Below, one piece after another: positions 37,201-51,290 of a DNA stretch of 64,000 nt. Made by a program: the position numbers and the translations under genes. Positions within the stretch are counted from its first letter, which is position 1, and every line of letters begins with the position of its first letter. Source of the DNA: Vicugna vicugna (taxonomy: Eukaryota); contig MU058009.1 of the NCBI GenBank assembly GCA_013265495.1, forward strand, positions 3,179,780 to 3,243,779, given 5' to 3'. Under the pieces are notes generated by a model. That model was not told the origin of the DNA, did no database searches, and was given only the letters and a program-made list of their open reading frames with translations.

Positions 37201-38431
37201 ACATGGTGTCTTCCTGCTCTTAACCCAGGAGTGAGAAGGTTAAAAAGAGATCTGTGTCTTGAAGCAAAAAGAATGGGCTTTATGTGTCTGCAGTGCAGTG
37301 TCTCATAACAGCTTGTCCAGCATCAGCTTCTGGAATCTGTTGCTCCCACTATGATGCTGGCAGAGAGCTGAAGTTTCAAGGTGGACACACACACATCCCT
37401 TGGACTATTTACTATTTACAATTTATTTATAAGAAATCATTTACTAAATACAAATGTTATTGTTTATGTAATACAAGATGCATGAGGTAAATATGCTGAA
37501 ATAAATACGGCAGAGAATGGCCCCAAATAGCACTGGTTTTATTTTCACTACTGTTCCGGCTCTGCTACCTGACTTAGATGTCTTCTTCTGCATTCCTATC
37601 TTTTTCCCAAAGAAAAGAAGCAAGCAAGCCAGACCAGGCCTGTTCTGTCAGGCCACCTCGGATGATTCTGAGCATCTAGAAGCCCCTAGTACGGGGGGCC
37701 CAGAAGGGGCAATAAAGCGAGAAAAAACCGACAACAGACCGACACTGAGACACGCAAGAGCCTCTCTGATGCCAGACGGGGAGAGGGGAGAACGCAGAGA
37801 CCAGGGCACCTGCTGCACTGGGGGGTGCACGTCCAGTCCACGTTCACAGGGCCTGGTCTGAAACAGATACAGATCAGGGAATGAAGCAGTGGCTGAAAAG
37901 GAGACAGTTTAATACTAGGGCTTAAGATGGCACTTCAAGGTCAGCAGAAGGTCGCTTCCCATCAAAACAGCAGAAGCACATCTCCGGAGTAAGGGGAGAA
38001 AGCGTCAGGGACCACATCTAATCCGACCGACCAAACTCCCTTCACTTCTTTTCCCAGGCTGCCGCTATGGCTGAGCCAAGGAGGGCCCTGAGCGATTACG
38101 GCTTAATGGGGAGGGGAGGGGAGAAGAACTGTGAAACAGCACAGAAGACGTCCATGAGAGCGATGGCAGTATTCTAACAAAAGCACCCGCGCAGCCCAAG
38201 TGAGAGACCAGGACACTCGTCCCTGCCCCCCTGCATTCAACACCCAGGCGACTGCCCCACGCACACGGCTGGCCAGATGGGCCAGACACGGCTCAAAGGG
38301 AAAGAGAGAGAAAGGGAAGATGCGGTTAAAGCTTCTCTCACCGTAAACACATCTACAGATCAGAAGTGTAGACACATTCTGTCACCCTCAGCGCAGGGTT
38401 CACCGTCATTTAAGCCACCGGATCATGGCAT

Positions 38432-38681
38432 AGAGCATTTCTCAAACTGTGGACTGAACAGCAAGAGGGAACAGGTCATCTACTCTGTGGTCTGTGACAA
38501 CATTCAGAAACACGTAAATATAAGTAGGTAAGAAGAGAAATCACACAAGTGCAGCCTTCTGTTCCACGTCTGCATGACCATGTGGATACAGCAGCTGGGT
38601 CTTTGTGTGTGTGTCCACGGGAGGTCATGATGAAAAAGGTGTTTCTTACTGTGAGCTGGAGGAGGAGTTTGGAAAACACTG
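38432..38681. mobile_element. hAT-Charlie-type MER (non-autonomous DNA transposon)
   Basis: Degenerate terminal inverted repeats: ..catttctcaaact / agtttggaaaacactg. Confidence 0.55.
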
Positions 38682-41600
38682 ACATAGTATAAGGAATTAA
38701 GAGTTCCAAGAGAAGGAGGAAAAACTCAAGCCACATTTTTAGCCTCTTGGAAACAGGCCCCCCTCCACCCACCCCCAAGCACCCTGTAAAATGAAGTTTG
38801 CCAGTGGCTCACACCCAGGTATGTGTTCCATACCCACAGTCCCAGCACACTCCTTCCAGCAGCTGCTCGTTAAACCAGCAGCCTCCACCTCCAGGGTGGG
38901 GAGAAGGGGAGCTTGCGGGTGATGGTGTGGATCCAGAGCACTTCCCACTCATCAACAAGTTGTTTTCGCCAACTTCACACCTGATGGAAGCCACAGTTCC
39001 CTTCCCTGCGATTCCTTTCCCAGGCCTCTGCTTTCCCACTGCGGCCCCTTCTCGTGTTTATACATGGTTCCCCGTCAGCTCTCGGCTCTAGGCTTCCCGG
39101 TCCTACAACCAGCCAGATGCAGGCTGCTTGGCCGTGTCTCAGCATCGCTGCCCTCTGCCTGTGTATCTCGGTTCCCATCCTCTCCTGCCCTGCGCCGGGA
39201 GAATGAGGAGGGGATGAACTGCAAGGGCGAGAAGCTCCTGTTTCTGTCTCCCACTGACTGCTGTGAAATCTAAAGCGGTTCAGAGTCTCACACAACTTCT
39301 CTGAGTTTTGCTTTCATGTTTTAAATCCTGGATCCACATCTTTAAACGATGTGCTTCAAGGGAAGATGAAATACTGCCCAAACACCATGATTTAAGAATC
39401 TGATCGCCACAGTTTTATATCTAGCCACGAAAAATTTTTATTGCAGATATAAAATTAGTATGTTTTAAGAATTGAAGCATTTTTTATCAAGGAAGTTAAA
39501 GAAATCCTCTGTTGAGCCTTAGTGGTTATCCATTCCTGTCTCACCAACTCTCACCAACTCATGAATGAAAACACTGAGAAAAAGGGATGATTTGTAGCAA
39601 AGGCTTACAGACACATACAGCTTTAGGGCTGGAAGGGAGAGTTCACCCTGTCCAGCCTCCTCCCCAGGCAGAACTCCCCTGTGTAGTATCGTGGCAGAGC
39701 CAGGGGCTCTGGCCTGGGAATCCAGAGTCGGGCTTTTATCCTAACTCGGCCACCAACTAGGAATGCGCCTTTGGGGAAGTTACTTGATTCCTGAAAAGGA
39801 TAATTTCAGTGCACTAGGGATGCTTCTCAAAGATGGGCCACCAAAGCCTGCCTCTTCGTAACTCCTGGTCATTGCTCCTACTTCTGCCCTCAGAAGTTTA
39901 ACAGGAGATACTAAAGCTACTAGGTCAAAGCTCTTTCAAAAGACAACACTTTGCACTTTTAAATTCAGCTCTTATTTCTCTTCTAAGTCCCCTCCACAAG
40001 CTATACACCCTTGATTCTGCCGACCTCAGAGGCTAGCACACAGAAGACACTCAACGTCAGACGAGTGAAGGAGAGAAAGGAACCACTCCCCACCCTGGTT
40101 CCATCCTCGGGCTGTGTGCTGCTTTGTCAGTCTCTTAAAATGGAGTACCCAGGCCCAAACGCAACCTCCAGATGTGCCCTGATGAGCAAAGAATGCAGAG
40201 GATCAGTGCCTTCCTTGATCCAGACACCATACTTCTATTAATACAGTCAGAAGGCAGAGTTGGCTTTTTGGGCACACACATCAAAGCACTGAGTCTGCAG
40301 CCAGCTGGGGCCTTAGGCCCACATATGCACCTTAACAGAAAACCACGTGCCCCTCTGCTGGGCCTCGGCTTGCCCTTTTGTGCTTGGGTAATTTTAAAAA
40401 TCTGAATTCTGAGTTATAGTATTTACTTCTATTTAATTCCATCTTGTTTGTTTTAGATTATCATTCTAACGTTTCTAAATCTTTCTGAATCTTGACTTGT
40501 GTCATCTGAAGTATTAATTATACCGCTAAGATTAGAGTTCCTTGCAAATTTACTGATGATCAGGATAAGCACAATGCAGCGCTCTGTCACCGGAGACTAC
40601 CCTTCGGGCTCTCAACCTGTTAGACACTTGGGCTGAAGACACCCAACTAGCAATGGGACATTTAAAAGTGCCACCGTCCAGGCCACGTACCTCCATGTGG
40701 ACATTATAAAAACGTGGCACAAGCCTGAAGAAATTCACAGACAGCAGACACACCAGAGCACCCCTTTCATTGAATGGCCCGAGCGTCCCGCCGAGGGAAA
40801 GAAGCCACGCTCACCAGGCAGGCGGGGGCCCGCGGAACGTTCTCTGGCTTCTAGGGCTCGCTGTTTCCCTTCCCGAGTGTTCACAAAACGTATCTAATCA
40901 CTGGCTTCAGAAATTTCAAAAGATAAATGTCAGGGTCAGGAACCTGTACCCTTTGTTTAAAAGGCCAGACGTCCGTCCATCTCCAGCCCAGCCCGTCTCC
41001 AGATGAAAACTTTCTTAATGATCTGGGTCTTCAAAGATAAATACACATGCCTTCAACTCACCCGCGTCAGGAACACGAGCTTTAAAGCAGACTGAATTCT
41101 TTCTTATTACTTTCATTCCTATTTCAGTCTTAAATTCTCGTTTACTCATGTTTGCTCAGTTCTTCTTGTTAGACCATTTTCCTTTATGGAAAAAACAGAA
41201 ATTCAATCGCCTAGCAAACAGCAGACCAATTCATTGTTGAATAAATCAGTGAGTTCTCAACATAACTAGTTAACGCCACGGCGTCTGTACCAAGCAGCTG
41301 ACCTATATTTTCCTTTGTTCTTGCTTTTAATATGTGTTTTTTAAAAAAAAGCCTTTCCCCGAACATCTGTCCACAACGCCAGCTCCTTCTGAGCTCAGGC
41401 TCAGCAGACACCATTCTCGCCCGCCATGAGGCCTGCTCTGTGCGCTGCTCACGCGTGCCCCCCTGCTTCTCACGGACGTCCACCTGTAGTCTGATCGCAG
41501 GCAAACTGCCCTCGTGTCGCTGGATGCTGGTCCTCTTCCTTCCTCACTGGAGCCTTGTTTTAACTGGTTTGTTCCACTTACTCCACACACACTGGCTGAG

Positions 41601-42149
41601 CTCCTTGTAACGGCCAAACGACTAAGAGTGTAAGGGTTTGGGGGCGGGGGTCTCGCTTCGTTTTGACATCTTCCTGGGCGCTTACTGTAACAGTGCCGTT
41701 CAGGTAATAAGCTGTCAAATATTTCCTGGATGAATTCAACCTTATTTCAGAACTCTCAGGGATAACTTCCAGCGTTAGAACTCTTAGTAAGGAAATGTAA
41801 AAACCTTTTCTCTGAACCAGCTTCACAGTTAACTGTTCATCCCACGTTTTCCTTTTTCTTCCAGAGACAGAGCTTGCGGACAGAAGAAAAGATGAAAGTA
41901 CAATCTGCCCCTTCCCCATCAGGTTTCCTTTCAAAAATCTCAAAATTATTAGAAGTACAGTCCACGCTCCCTCCCGTCATCATTTATTTTTGCACAGAAG
42001 TAGGCCCTAACCTACCAATTTAATAAGCAACCACAGACTCACCACCACAACTCAGATACCCTGCTCAGAAAGACACCAGCCCTTCTGTCGGCCCACGAGG
42101 CAGACAGCCGTCCCTGGGGTCTCCTTTTCCCTGCCCCAGTCCACCAGCC

Positions 42150-42930
42150 CCCGCAACCACATCGGTATTCAACACTTACGACTCTGGGTGACCGTGCCCC
42201 GACACCCCCTCTGGTAGCACATTGGCCCTCTCTGTCTGGTGGTGATCCTGGCTGAAGTCCCCATCATTTCACTGTCAGTATAACCCTCTCCTAACTTGTT
42301 TCCTGGCTCTAACGCTGCCTCAGTCAGTCCTCCACGGCACTACTGAAGCGATTTTTCTGAGTTACAAAGCTGATCATGTCATCGCCCATTTAAATTTTCT
42401 AAATGGCTTCCCATTTGAACGTGCTTGTGTGTTTGTGTGTGTCAGAGAAAGACTCCTTTGGGTCCTCTTAAAAAATCCCCCAGATGGGGGCGGAACCCTC
42501 CGTTCCCTGAAGAGTGCAAGGGCTCTGTGTGAGTGGCGCCCACCGCGTCTTCCGCGCGCTCTCGGCCGCCCCGGCCACACGCGGCGCGCTCCCATCACAC
42601 CGCAAGGTCCCCCCGCTGCCTTCAGTGCTCCGTTCTCCAGTCAGCGCGCGGTGTGCCTTCACCCTTTCCACCCTCTCTCAGACTCCCCTCCTCTATAAAC
42701 CTTCTCCAGGTCTCTTACAGCTGATTACTTAGTCCCTTCTCCGAATCGTACACAGGTCTTTCTAAAGAACTTCACACGGTAACTCCCTATCTGTGAGGCT
42801 GCATCTCCAACTGAACGGGGAACTTAGCGAAGGAACGTGGGGTCTTTTTTGTATTTTAATCACTTAACGTGAGTGCCTGGCACACAGCAGGTGAACAGCG
42901 TGTATTAGTCACTAAGTGAGTCAGTGCTGT
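42150..42930. mobile_element. Fragmented L2, interrupted by a short duplicated segment
   Basis: tgatcatgtc..aaatggcttcccatt and gagtgcctggcacacagcaggtg are L2 consensus blocks. Confidence 0.6.
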
Positions 42931-45900
42931 AAAGGGACGACCCTGCTCGCACGGCGTGGCCCACAGCGCAGACACAGCTGTGCGGAAGGCAAACGTCCCG
43001 ACCCACGAAGCAGCACGAGGACAGTGAGCTGACTGTGGGCTTTCGGAGGAGGACGGTAACAGGTTAAAACAAAGCAGACGATCTAGAAACCCTTTGCATC
43101 TGGCATTTTACATGTATTTATGGAAACGTTTGGCAGATTAATTTTCCTAACAATCTTCTGTTTAGGCTCATATTAAAATTAAACTGTGGCCCAACACACC
43201 AGCCGTAGGGTGATGTTACAAGTACACTGGGTAAGGAGTCAGCTGAGCTGGAATTAAGAATTCCTTGTGAATAATCCACACACTCACACCTGGTCATGCC
43301 CTCCCCTGGCAGGGGAGACAGGCGGGAGGCAGGGAGGGCCAGCTGTGCTCTGGACCCTGCACACCCCGCGGACCCTGAAGAGGGGACGACTGCCACACTC
43401 TGTGTTTTTGTCAGTTTTCCTGGGAGATAGGCCTAGAGGATACAAGAGACTGAAGTCAAACAAAAGCAAAAGGGTTGTGAGGACCGTGAGTCACACTTGT
43501 ATTCTGGGAAGTGCCCCAATGGATGGAGCAGCAGCGAACTGATTCCAACCCCTTACTTGAAACTGGTGAGAAGAAAAGAAGGGAGCAGAATGTTTGCGCA
43601 AGAAGTGGCCCAAAGCAGCGGTCAGACCACCTTTTCAACAAATGCAGAAGAGGGAGACACCTGGCGGTTCTGCGTTCACTGGAAAAATGAGACTGACTGC
43701 GAGGACCTTTAGAAACCTGTTCTAGATCTGAGCGCTGTGACACTCAGGATTCCAGTTTCAAAGCTTATCACACAAATCTAGCACCCACCACAGCCTTCAG
43801 AGCAGCCTTTCTCAGCCCCACACCGCGCTGCTACCCACGCACCACGGTCCAGTTCCGAGAAAGCAGAGCTGCCAGAGCGCAAAGCTGGGCAAAGTCAGGC
43901 GCACGTCCTGCCTGTTGTCTGTTCGGTCCAAGTAAAAGTAGCAGCAGGAAGTCTTCTCACAATCTGTGACTCCCTGTGTCTCTGCAACCGTCGTGTCTCT
44001 GCTCCAAGCCTGAGAGAGTCCTGTCAGGGAGAGGCTACCAGTTTTTACCCCAATACTGCACATCAGAGGGGCCCGCCCCCTTCTGGAGAAGAGAAACTCG
44101 GCAGTTTTTCAGCAGAGCCACAAGGGTCACAGCGTGTGCTGTGACAGGGAAGCAGCCCCGCGGCCTGGCTGCTCAGAAGTCGAATGGACTCTCCGCATCT
44201 GGCCTCCTTCTTAACAAACGGACGACTTCTTGCTTTGACTGCTTCCCAAAGTCACTGAGGTCAAATGAGAAAAAGAGAGCATTTTGAATGTGCTTGTGTG
44301 TTTGTGTGTGTCAGAGAAAGACTCCTTTGGGCCTCTTAAAGAATCACCAGGTCCAGGAACTAAACGATGGCAGGTCCCGAGTGAACTGCGCACTTGGTGC
44401 CTCAGTTTCCCCTCAGGCTCAGGGAGGGAGATGTCAGAACAGTGAACCATTCTGTGCTGAGCATTTACAGAGATGGGGGAGGGGACCGTGGGGGGAGGGG
44501 TAACTGGAAGACAGTATCTCAGAACCCTCCCTAAAGCTAGACCTACCTATTGTAAACGATGACGCCATCCCTGCAGGGGCTCAGGGTCCACGCCTCCACT
44601 GTCCTCTTCTTTCCTTGGCTCCCATGGCCAGAACAGCGAGCCCGGCTTGTTCTCAGACACCAGGTAGCTACCCTGATCCTCTCCTGTCTCAGCACCCAGG
44701 GTAGGGAGGCGGTGGGAAAGGGGAGGCTGAGTAAAATGGCCACCCGTCCGATGAATACTGTGCCTGGCGGCAGGTGAAGGTCAGGGAAGGGGAGGAGAAC
44801 CCTTCAGGCTGGAGCCCTCGGCAGGGGGCAGACCCGATGCAGCACAGCAGCAGGAGCCAGACCCTGCTGTTCTGGTGGCTCGCCAGGCAGAGGGGGAGGG
44901 AGAGGTGACACGGGGCATGTGCTCCACTTGACGGGCCGGACCCCAGCGTCTGCAAATCCTAGCGATCACAGGTTCAGAGGGCGCTCAGCCACGTGAGGAA
45001 GAGAGGCTCAGGGATGTATTTAAGTAAGCAGACATGGCAGAGGAAGCCTCGAAGAGAACAAAGCACAGGCCTCAGACAGAGACGTCGAAGTTAAGACAGC
45101 AGGACAGACACTGGGAGGAGCAGGGGAAGGAAAGTGAGCATCATGAAGAGAACCACCTCCGGGTGAAGGACTACCCCAGGGCGCGAACCGTTCACAGGTT
45201 GGATTTTAAAACCTTTCCTAACAGAAGGCACGGAGGGTGCGGGACGCAGCTGTGACGGCGCCAGAGTCTCCGCAGAGGAGAGGTTTTGCAGGTGCCCCTG
45301 TGGCTGGAAATGAGGAGGGAGAGGGGAGGCGTGGCAGAGGGACCACCCTGAAGCCGCAGGTACACAGCACACCCACCGCATCTGCACAGCTTCTACGCTT
45401 GCTGGGGGTGGCTGAACTGCCCCCGGGAAAGCCTTCTGTGCCGTAACTGTGCCAGTGCTGGGTTACAGTGTGCTTCCCCCAGTCCTGCTCCCTCCCTGCC
45501 CTAGTACCCGGACGCTTGATGAAGTCTCTGTCTCAAGACAGAGGCAAAGAGGCACTGACATGTGGCTGCGTCTCCAAACCCAAGTTGACAGGAAAAAGCC
45601 AAGTGACCCCACCCCTGCCTGAAAGCAGGCCGACAAGACCCCTAGTACCAGCGAAATCCAGCGCTGACAGCCCGCCTCAGGGAGGTGTGTGCCTAGGCCT
45701 CTGGCCTCCAAAAAGGCCTTGAGTTCAGGGCAGTGAGCTTACGGAGGCCGCTGCCCACAGTTTTCCATTTCAGATGCCCGGCTGATTTTATCAGCCACGG
45801 ACTCTGTTCACTCTGTGTTCCCGAGTCAGAACTGCTCTCAACCCATCAGCTCCAGCACCGAACCCTCAAGAGGTGGGGTGCGCTCCAACGGGCGTCTTCT

Positions 45901-48900
45901 GGGGACACGCTGCTCAGAGAAGCAAGTGCTCGCTGAAGACTAGTCAGAGCAGAGGGGGAACGGTGAAGGGGCAGACGCTGGGCTGGTCTCAGAGTCAGTG
46001 GCGTGAAGCAGAGGTCAGGTAAGTAGCCCCTGAGCTATGGAGCAGGACGGCGAATGGTTTCCATGACTGTCACCACCAGGGCAAGGGCCTACAGCCGCAA
46101 AAAACACACGGCTGCCGCAAAAGAGGAGGTGAATGGGTACTGCTTACCCTGCAGCGCCACCTGGTGCCCAGAGGGAGAATCCCTGCCCTGACGCTCCCCC
46201 AAGTGGCCGCAGCCGGTGGGCTTTCCACGATGCAGTGAACAAAACAAAAAGACCCCCGCCCCGCCGCCCCACTGTGTGCCTGCGCGCACACTCAGAGGGG
46301 GGTCCCCTGAGAGTATTCAAAACATGCTTAAAGGGCACTTTTATTACAAGTAGAAGTAACGTCCTTCCCCCTCTTTAAACACGTTTCAGCGCCTGGAACG
46401 CTCTTTGCTCTAAACCAGTCTAAGTGATTCCTATCTCGCAAGGGTCAGCTATAAACACCGACTTTCCCCTATAAATCCCACCTCACATTTACCCCCAAGA
46501 ATCCGCACGAGCTCTTCCTGTGTTTGCCGTCTATCCTGTGTCACCTGGCCTCGTGCTGTTCAGTATTTCTAACTGATCCTACGGGTTCTCGCTTCCCTCA
46601 GGCTGAAAGGACCTGAAAGGAGAAACGGGGCTCACCAGGTCTGAAGAGCTGGCTCTCCACAAGTACCTGAGTGCACCCTGGCATCGACTCTCACACAGGC
46701 TTCTCAAAAATCACTTGTAAAGAGGTCACCAAGCAAGACCTAAACAAAGTTAGCTTCCTAGGAAGAAAGGAAGAGGGTCGGGAGTAGCTGGGTGAAGTGC
46801 AGCCCCCTGGTTCTGAAGAAACTGCGTTTCTGCCCTCAATGTGGCTCGGGAGATTGAAGTGGGTGCGCAAGGAAGCCAGGATGGCGCGTGAGGGCTAACG
46901 TGAAGGCAGGGACCCTGGCTTGAAGGATGCAGAAAAGACCACCGGTCGGTCCCAGAGGGTCTGTGCTGTCAGATCACAGCGCAAGCCCACTAGAAAGCCC
47001 TCTCAAAACCCACTGAAATGCCCCGCATTACCCACCCTGCATCAGGCGTGTCACTGCCCAGCGAGTAAGTCCTCAGGGGGATGGCCCACGGAACCTGCTG
47101 AAGGCCGAGCGCTCACGCTACCGAGCGCTGGCAGGTGGCAGGGATGCGTCGAGGGCTCCACCCGCCTTTGTGCGCCAGTCCCACCCGGAGACTCACTCAG
47201 GCAAAGGGAGGTTAAGCGGCTTGTTCTAAGTCACACAGGAAGCCTCCAAGCAGGACTGAGACTTAGACCCGCCTGGCCCAAAGCCCGTGTCTTACTCCCC
47301 ACGTGGCAGGAAAGAGGCTGAGATGCCCGCAGAGGGCGAGCTCAGGCGGGCCTCACAGCGGGAGGCCCCTGGTGGCAGAGGGCACGGTGTTGTCCTGGAA
47401 GAGAGAAAGCCACTGGGGTGGGAGATGGCCCGCGGCCTGGGAACGGGAGCTGCCCATGCAGGGCTGGCTGAGGGGTGTGTAAGGGAGATGCCGTGACATC
47501 TGGGAGCCCCTGGCAGCGCTGAGGAGCCCCTGAGAGTCTCACTAGTGCTGAGGAGAGGGGCTGGCTCAGCTGGAAGGGCGTGTGATGCCCATTCATTTGA
47601 CGAAAATTTGTGAAGTGCCTTTCATGTACGCAGCCAAGTGCCTACAACAGGACGGAGTCACAGTCCCTGCCCTCAAGACGCTCACAGTCCGGAACTGTCC
47701 TCCGAAACTGGCTTAGGCTCCCGTCTGCAGTCACAGACGGGTAAGAGGTACCAATAACCTGAGTTGGAAAAAAAAGATTTTTAAACGTAAATATTCCATG
47801 ACATTCTGTTTTTTTCTTAACTGCTACCAATTCTGTACTTTTATTCGAGTGTATGAGAATCCCCCCCCCCAGAGGTACAGAGCCAGTGAGCTACCACCGA
47901 CATGCTACAACCTTGAAGTTGTGTTCAAGTAGAAACTGTCAGCACACGACAGGAAAGGCACGATGTCTTTATTCTAAGATGCGTGCCGAGTGAGAGACAC
48001 CTGAGAAATACGAGAGGGAGGCCACTCATACAAATGGAGACTGCTGGAGCCCATCCCGGCCCAGTCCATGAGCCCCCTTTGTCAGGGTCTAATGCAGGAG
48101 GCACAGGACACGTAATGTTCCTCTTCCCCAAGGAAACACAGCGCAGCGCGAGCAAAGCCATTGCTACAAACCATAGGTTTCAGCCCCTCTGAAACCAGCC
48201 TGGGTCTAGACTTTGAAGACCAGGAGATAATCCAGCAGGACAATTTGAAAACTTAGTCTGAGATAACTTTGTATCTTGGGGCTTTTGCAAAAGTATGTAT
48301 TTTTCTACAGAAGCTACGCATAGAAAGAGATCAGGTATAAGATACCACAAGGCCTTAGAGCTGAACTCAAAGAAAGAGACATTATGGAGCAAAGGAAAAA
48401 GCCATAACCTGTGTTTGCTGAGAATCTCTGAATCTTAACCCTGATCATCTTTTCCTGTTTGAGAACAGGATGCAGAACAGACACACCAAAGGCGCACATA
48501 GCACTTCTGGCCCGAGCATCCCTTAGGAGTGAAAGACAGATGAAGACGAATTTATATGCTACCACCACACCCATGTGTCCCTGAGGCCAGTCAGATGGAA
48601 AGTAAGAGACAGTAGACGGACACAGGGCACAGGGGGCCCAGGGAGGCCGAGTCCAGGGGCGCTGCTCTGCGAGGACGCCTGCACGCTGGGGAGGCAGTCG
48701 GGGGGCGGACGGCGCACGGGCTGAGGCCAGGACCACTCCGGCGGAACCCTGGGTGTGGCGCTTACTAGCGCTAGGATTCTGGGCAGGTTATTTAATCGGA
48801 ATACCTCTTTCCTCACTTACAAAACGTACGTCTCTCTCACAGAACTGCGCTGCACGTTAGCATACAAAGCCCACAGCTGCCCCGGTACAGTCAGTACTTA

Positions 48901-51129
48901 ATAAGCATCGGTTCCTTTTCTGTTGCAACTGCCCGTGCCCTGTCGGTGGCGGGCCTGGAGCTCCCCACGACACAGAGCCAGTGTCACAGCGACCCTTTAT
49001 CCATCTGCTACGTGGACTGTCCACTGAGCAAGAGGCCCCTGGATGGGCTCCACTCAGAGAACACCCAGGACCCGGGAGCGACCTAAGCGGGTAGGAGACG
49101 CAGAAGAGCTCAGGCCCGTCTGCCCGTCTCCACCCCTGAGGGCGAGGAGCGCCTCCCCGGGTGGCGCAGCACCGTCCACGGCCCTCCCCTGACCACTCCT
49201 GGGCGATGGTCTGCAGAGCCCCCTGTTCTGAGAAACTGATTCCACGGCCCAGCACCAGGCCCAGAGCTCGCCATTTCATCTCCTCCTGGACGCTCTGCTT
49301 GCTGATTTCCCTAACCTGGCATGTTCTTTTTTCCTTCTTCCTCTCTGTCTACTTCCTGACTTCACATACTTTTCCACTTTCTTTTACCTACAGATCACAG
49401 AATTTTCTTTTTTCCCAACTCTCCTGCCTCTCTATTCCATTTCCATGTGCCCTCAACACACACACACACACCCCCAGTCACTCTTTAAGAAACCCTGACG
49501 CAGATGCCAGGAATGTGTCTGCTGCCCTTTTGACACAGAGTCTGCTGCCATCTCCGGGGCCACAGCGGGGGCAGAGCCACGGGCCGTGGCATTCGTGTAC
49601 TCCACTGCTAGCCTGGCTCGTATTTTTGTCGTGGCTTTGCTCTGGGCATCCAGGCAAGGAGCTGGGCCAGCTTCTCCTCATTCCTTCACTCTGCATCAGG
49701 ACCCCATAATAGTGTCAGCCCTCACCTTGGCCGGATCTTCCTGCCCCACACCTCCCGCTACCAGTGGCGCACAGTGCATCTGCGCTCCTGCCCTCCAACC
49801 CCTCCTGCGTCTGAGTCCTCGTCCAGCTTCCTAAACCTGCCTCTGATGCACGTGGGCACACAGGCGGTTTCTCCTGTTTTCGGACACGAGCGGTCTGCGT
49901 AACTGATCCACTCCTTGGCTTAGACAGCCACCCCCACCCCTCTCCTCTCCCTTTGACTCTAATTCCAATGAGGAATGCTCCTGCTTACATAATCGGACGT
50001 TCCCAGCACAGAAGCTGACATACGAGGTCAGGCGCGCATGCGTGCAGGACTTCCCTTTGACTTAACAATGCCTTTTTTGGGCATCTGGCTCCTCTTCAGG
50101 GCCCTTTCCCGACTCTCTCCACACTATCAACAGTCAAGGGAGATTTACGCAGCCTGGCTCGGATCAGAGCTCTTTCAACCTTGGCTTAGAAGGAGGGCCA
50201 TTAGGTTGAATTTACTCTTTTTTCCCCCTTGCAGGCCAGGGACTGGGGGTGGGCTGGGGGGCAGGGAGATCAAGCACGGGCAAGAGAGGGCCGAAGTAAG
50301 AGCATCTGCTCTGGGCTGGCGGGAGTCCCAGGCAGCCCCGGCAGTTGTATACAGGTCTTTTAAGGGCACAAGGAGAATGCACAAAGCTGAAAGCAGAAGT
50401 GATTAACTTATCTCCTTGCAGATGATAATGCTGGAGCTTGGAAAATGATGACATTTTAAAAAGGAGATGCATCTACATCCAGATGGCTGTACCATCCCTG
50501 ACGGCCAAACTGCAGTGTGGTCGAGATGACCAGCGAGGCGACAGGGGCTGCCCGGGGCCCCGTATCCTCCTCTTTGAAGTGCAGATCTTAAAGAGAGCCC
50601 AAGAATGCTGCAAAAGGACACAGTTCAGACACTTGTGGTTTCAGAGAGAGAACAAACATGCTGCCTCCTGGGCCGCCGTCACGGGGGACAGCCTGGGGGA
50701 GGTCAGCCCTGGGCAGGGCTGGGGCCGCACCGAGCCTCCCCAGGGGCAGTGATGAGCGGTGGATGGGGGAGGTGCTGCAGTTTGGGGAGATATCACATTC
50801 CAGCTTCTTCGCTTACCAAAGCACATAAAGCCAAAGAATGTAACACTGCATGAACCTCTTTTTAAAAATAAAAAACGCAAGCTGTTTGTTCAGGGAACAA
50901 GTAACACGGGCTGACTTCAGGGCGCTGCAGGGCGCTGTGTGACGTGCGGGTGTGCGTGTGTGGAAGTGCAGTTCCCGTCTCACAAACTGACTGACGGTCC
51001 CCTCCTGGGGAACATATACGGCTCTGAGTCAATGATTTCTGGGCTGGCTCTTACGCCTTCAAATTACAGGGCAAGAGTCTGATCCTGAGAGACAGTCACT
51101 ACAGCTGAGCAGCAGACAAACGGGTTCAA

Positions 51130-51290
51130 GCTGTGCCTGTGGTGTACTTACCAAACAGCCACAATCTACGGAGGTCTCAGTTTCCGCATCTTTGAAATGG
51201 GGATCATAATACCTCTCACGGGGCTCCGGAGGGGATGAAATGACCCGCTTACAACGTTCAGCACAGTGTCTGCACCAGGTAAACTCCCAG
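51130..51290 (+). mobile_element. MIR
   Basis: tctcagtttccgcatctttgaaatggggatcataatacct..ggatgaaatga. Confidence 0.8.

Noticed and set aside
20935-51169. Exact 17-mer aaacagccacaatctac at 20935-20951 and 51153-51169
   Set aside because: About 0.1 such matches are expected by chance in 64 kb, and there is no extended similarity.
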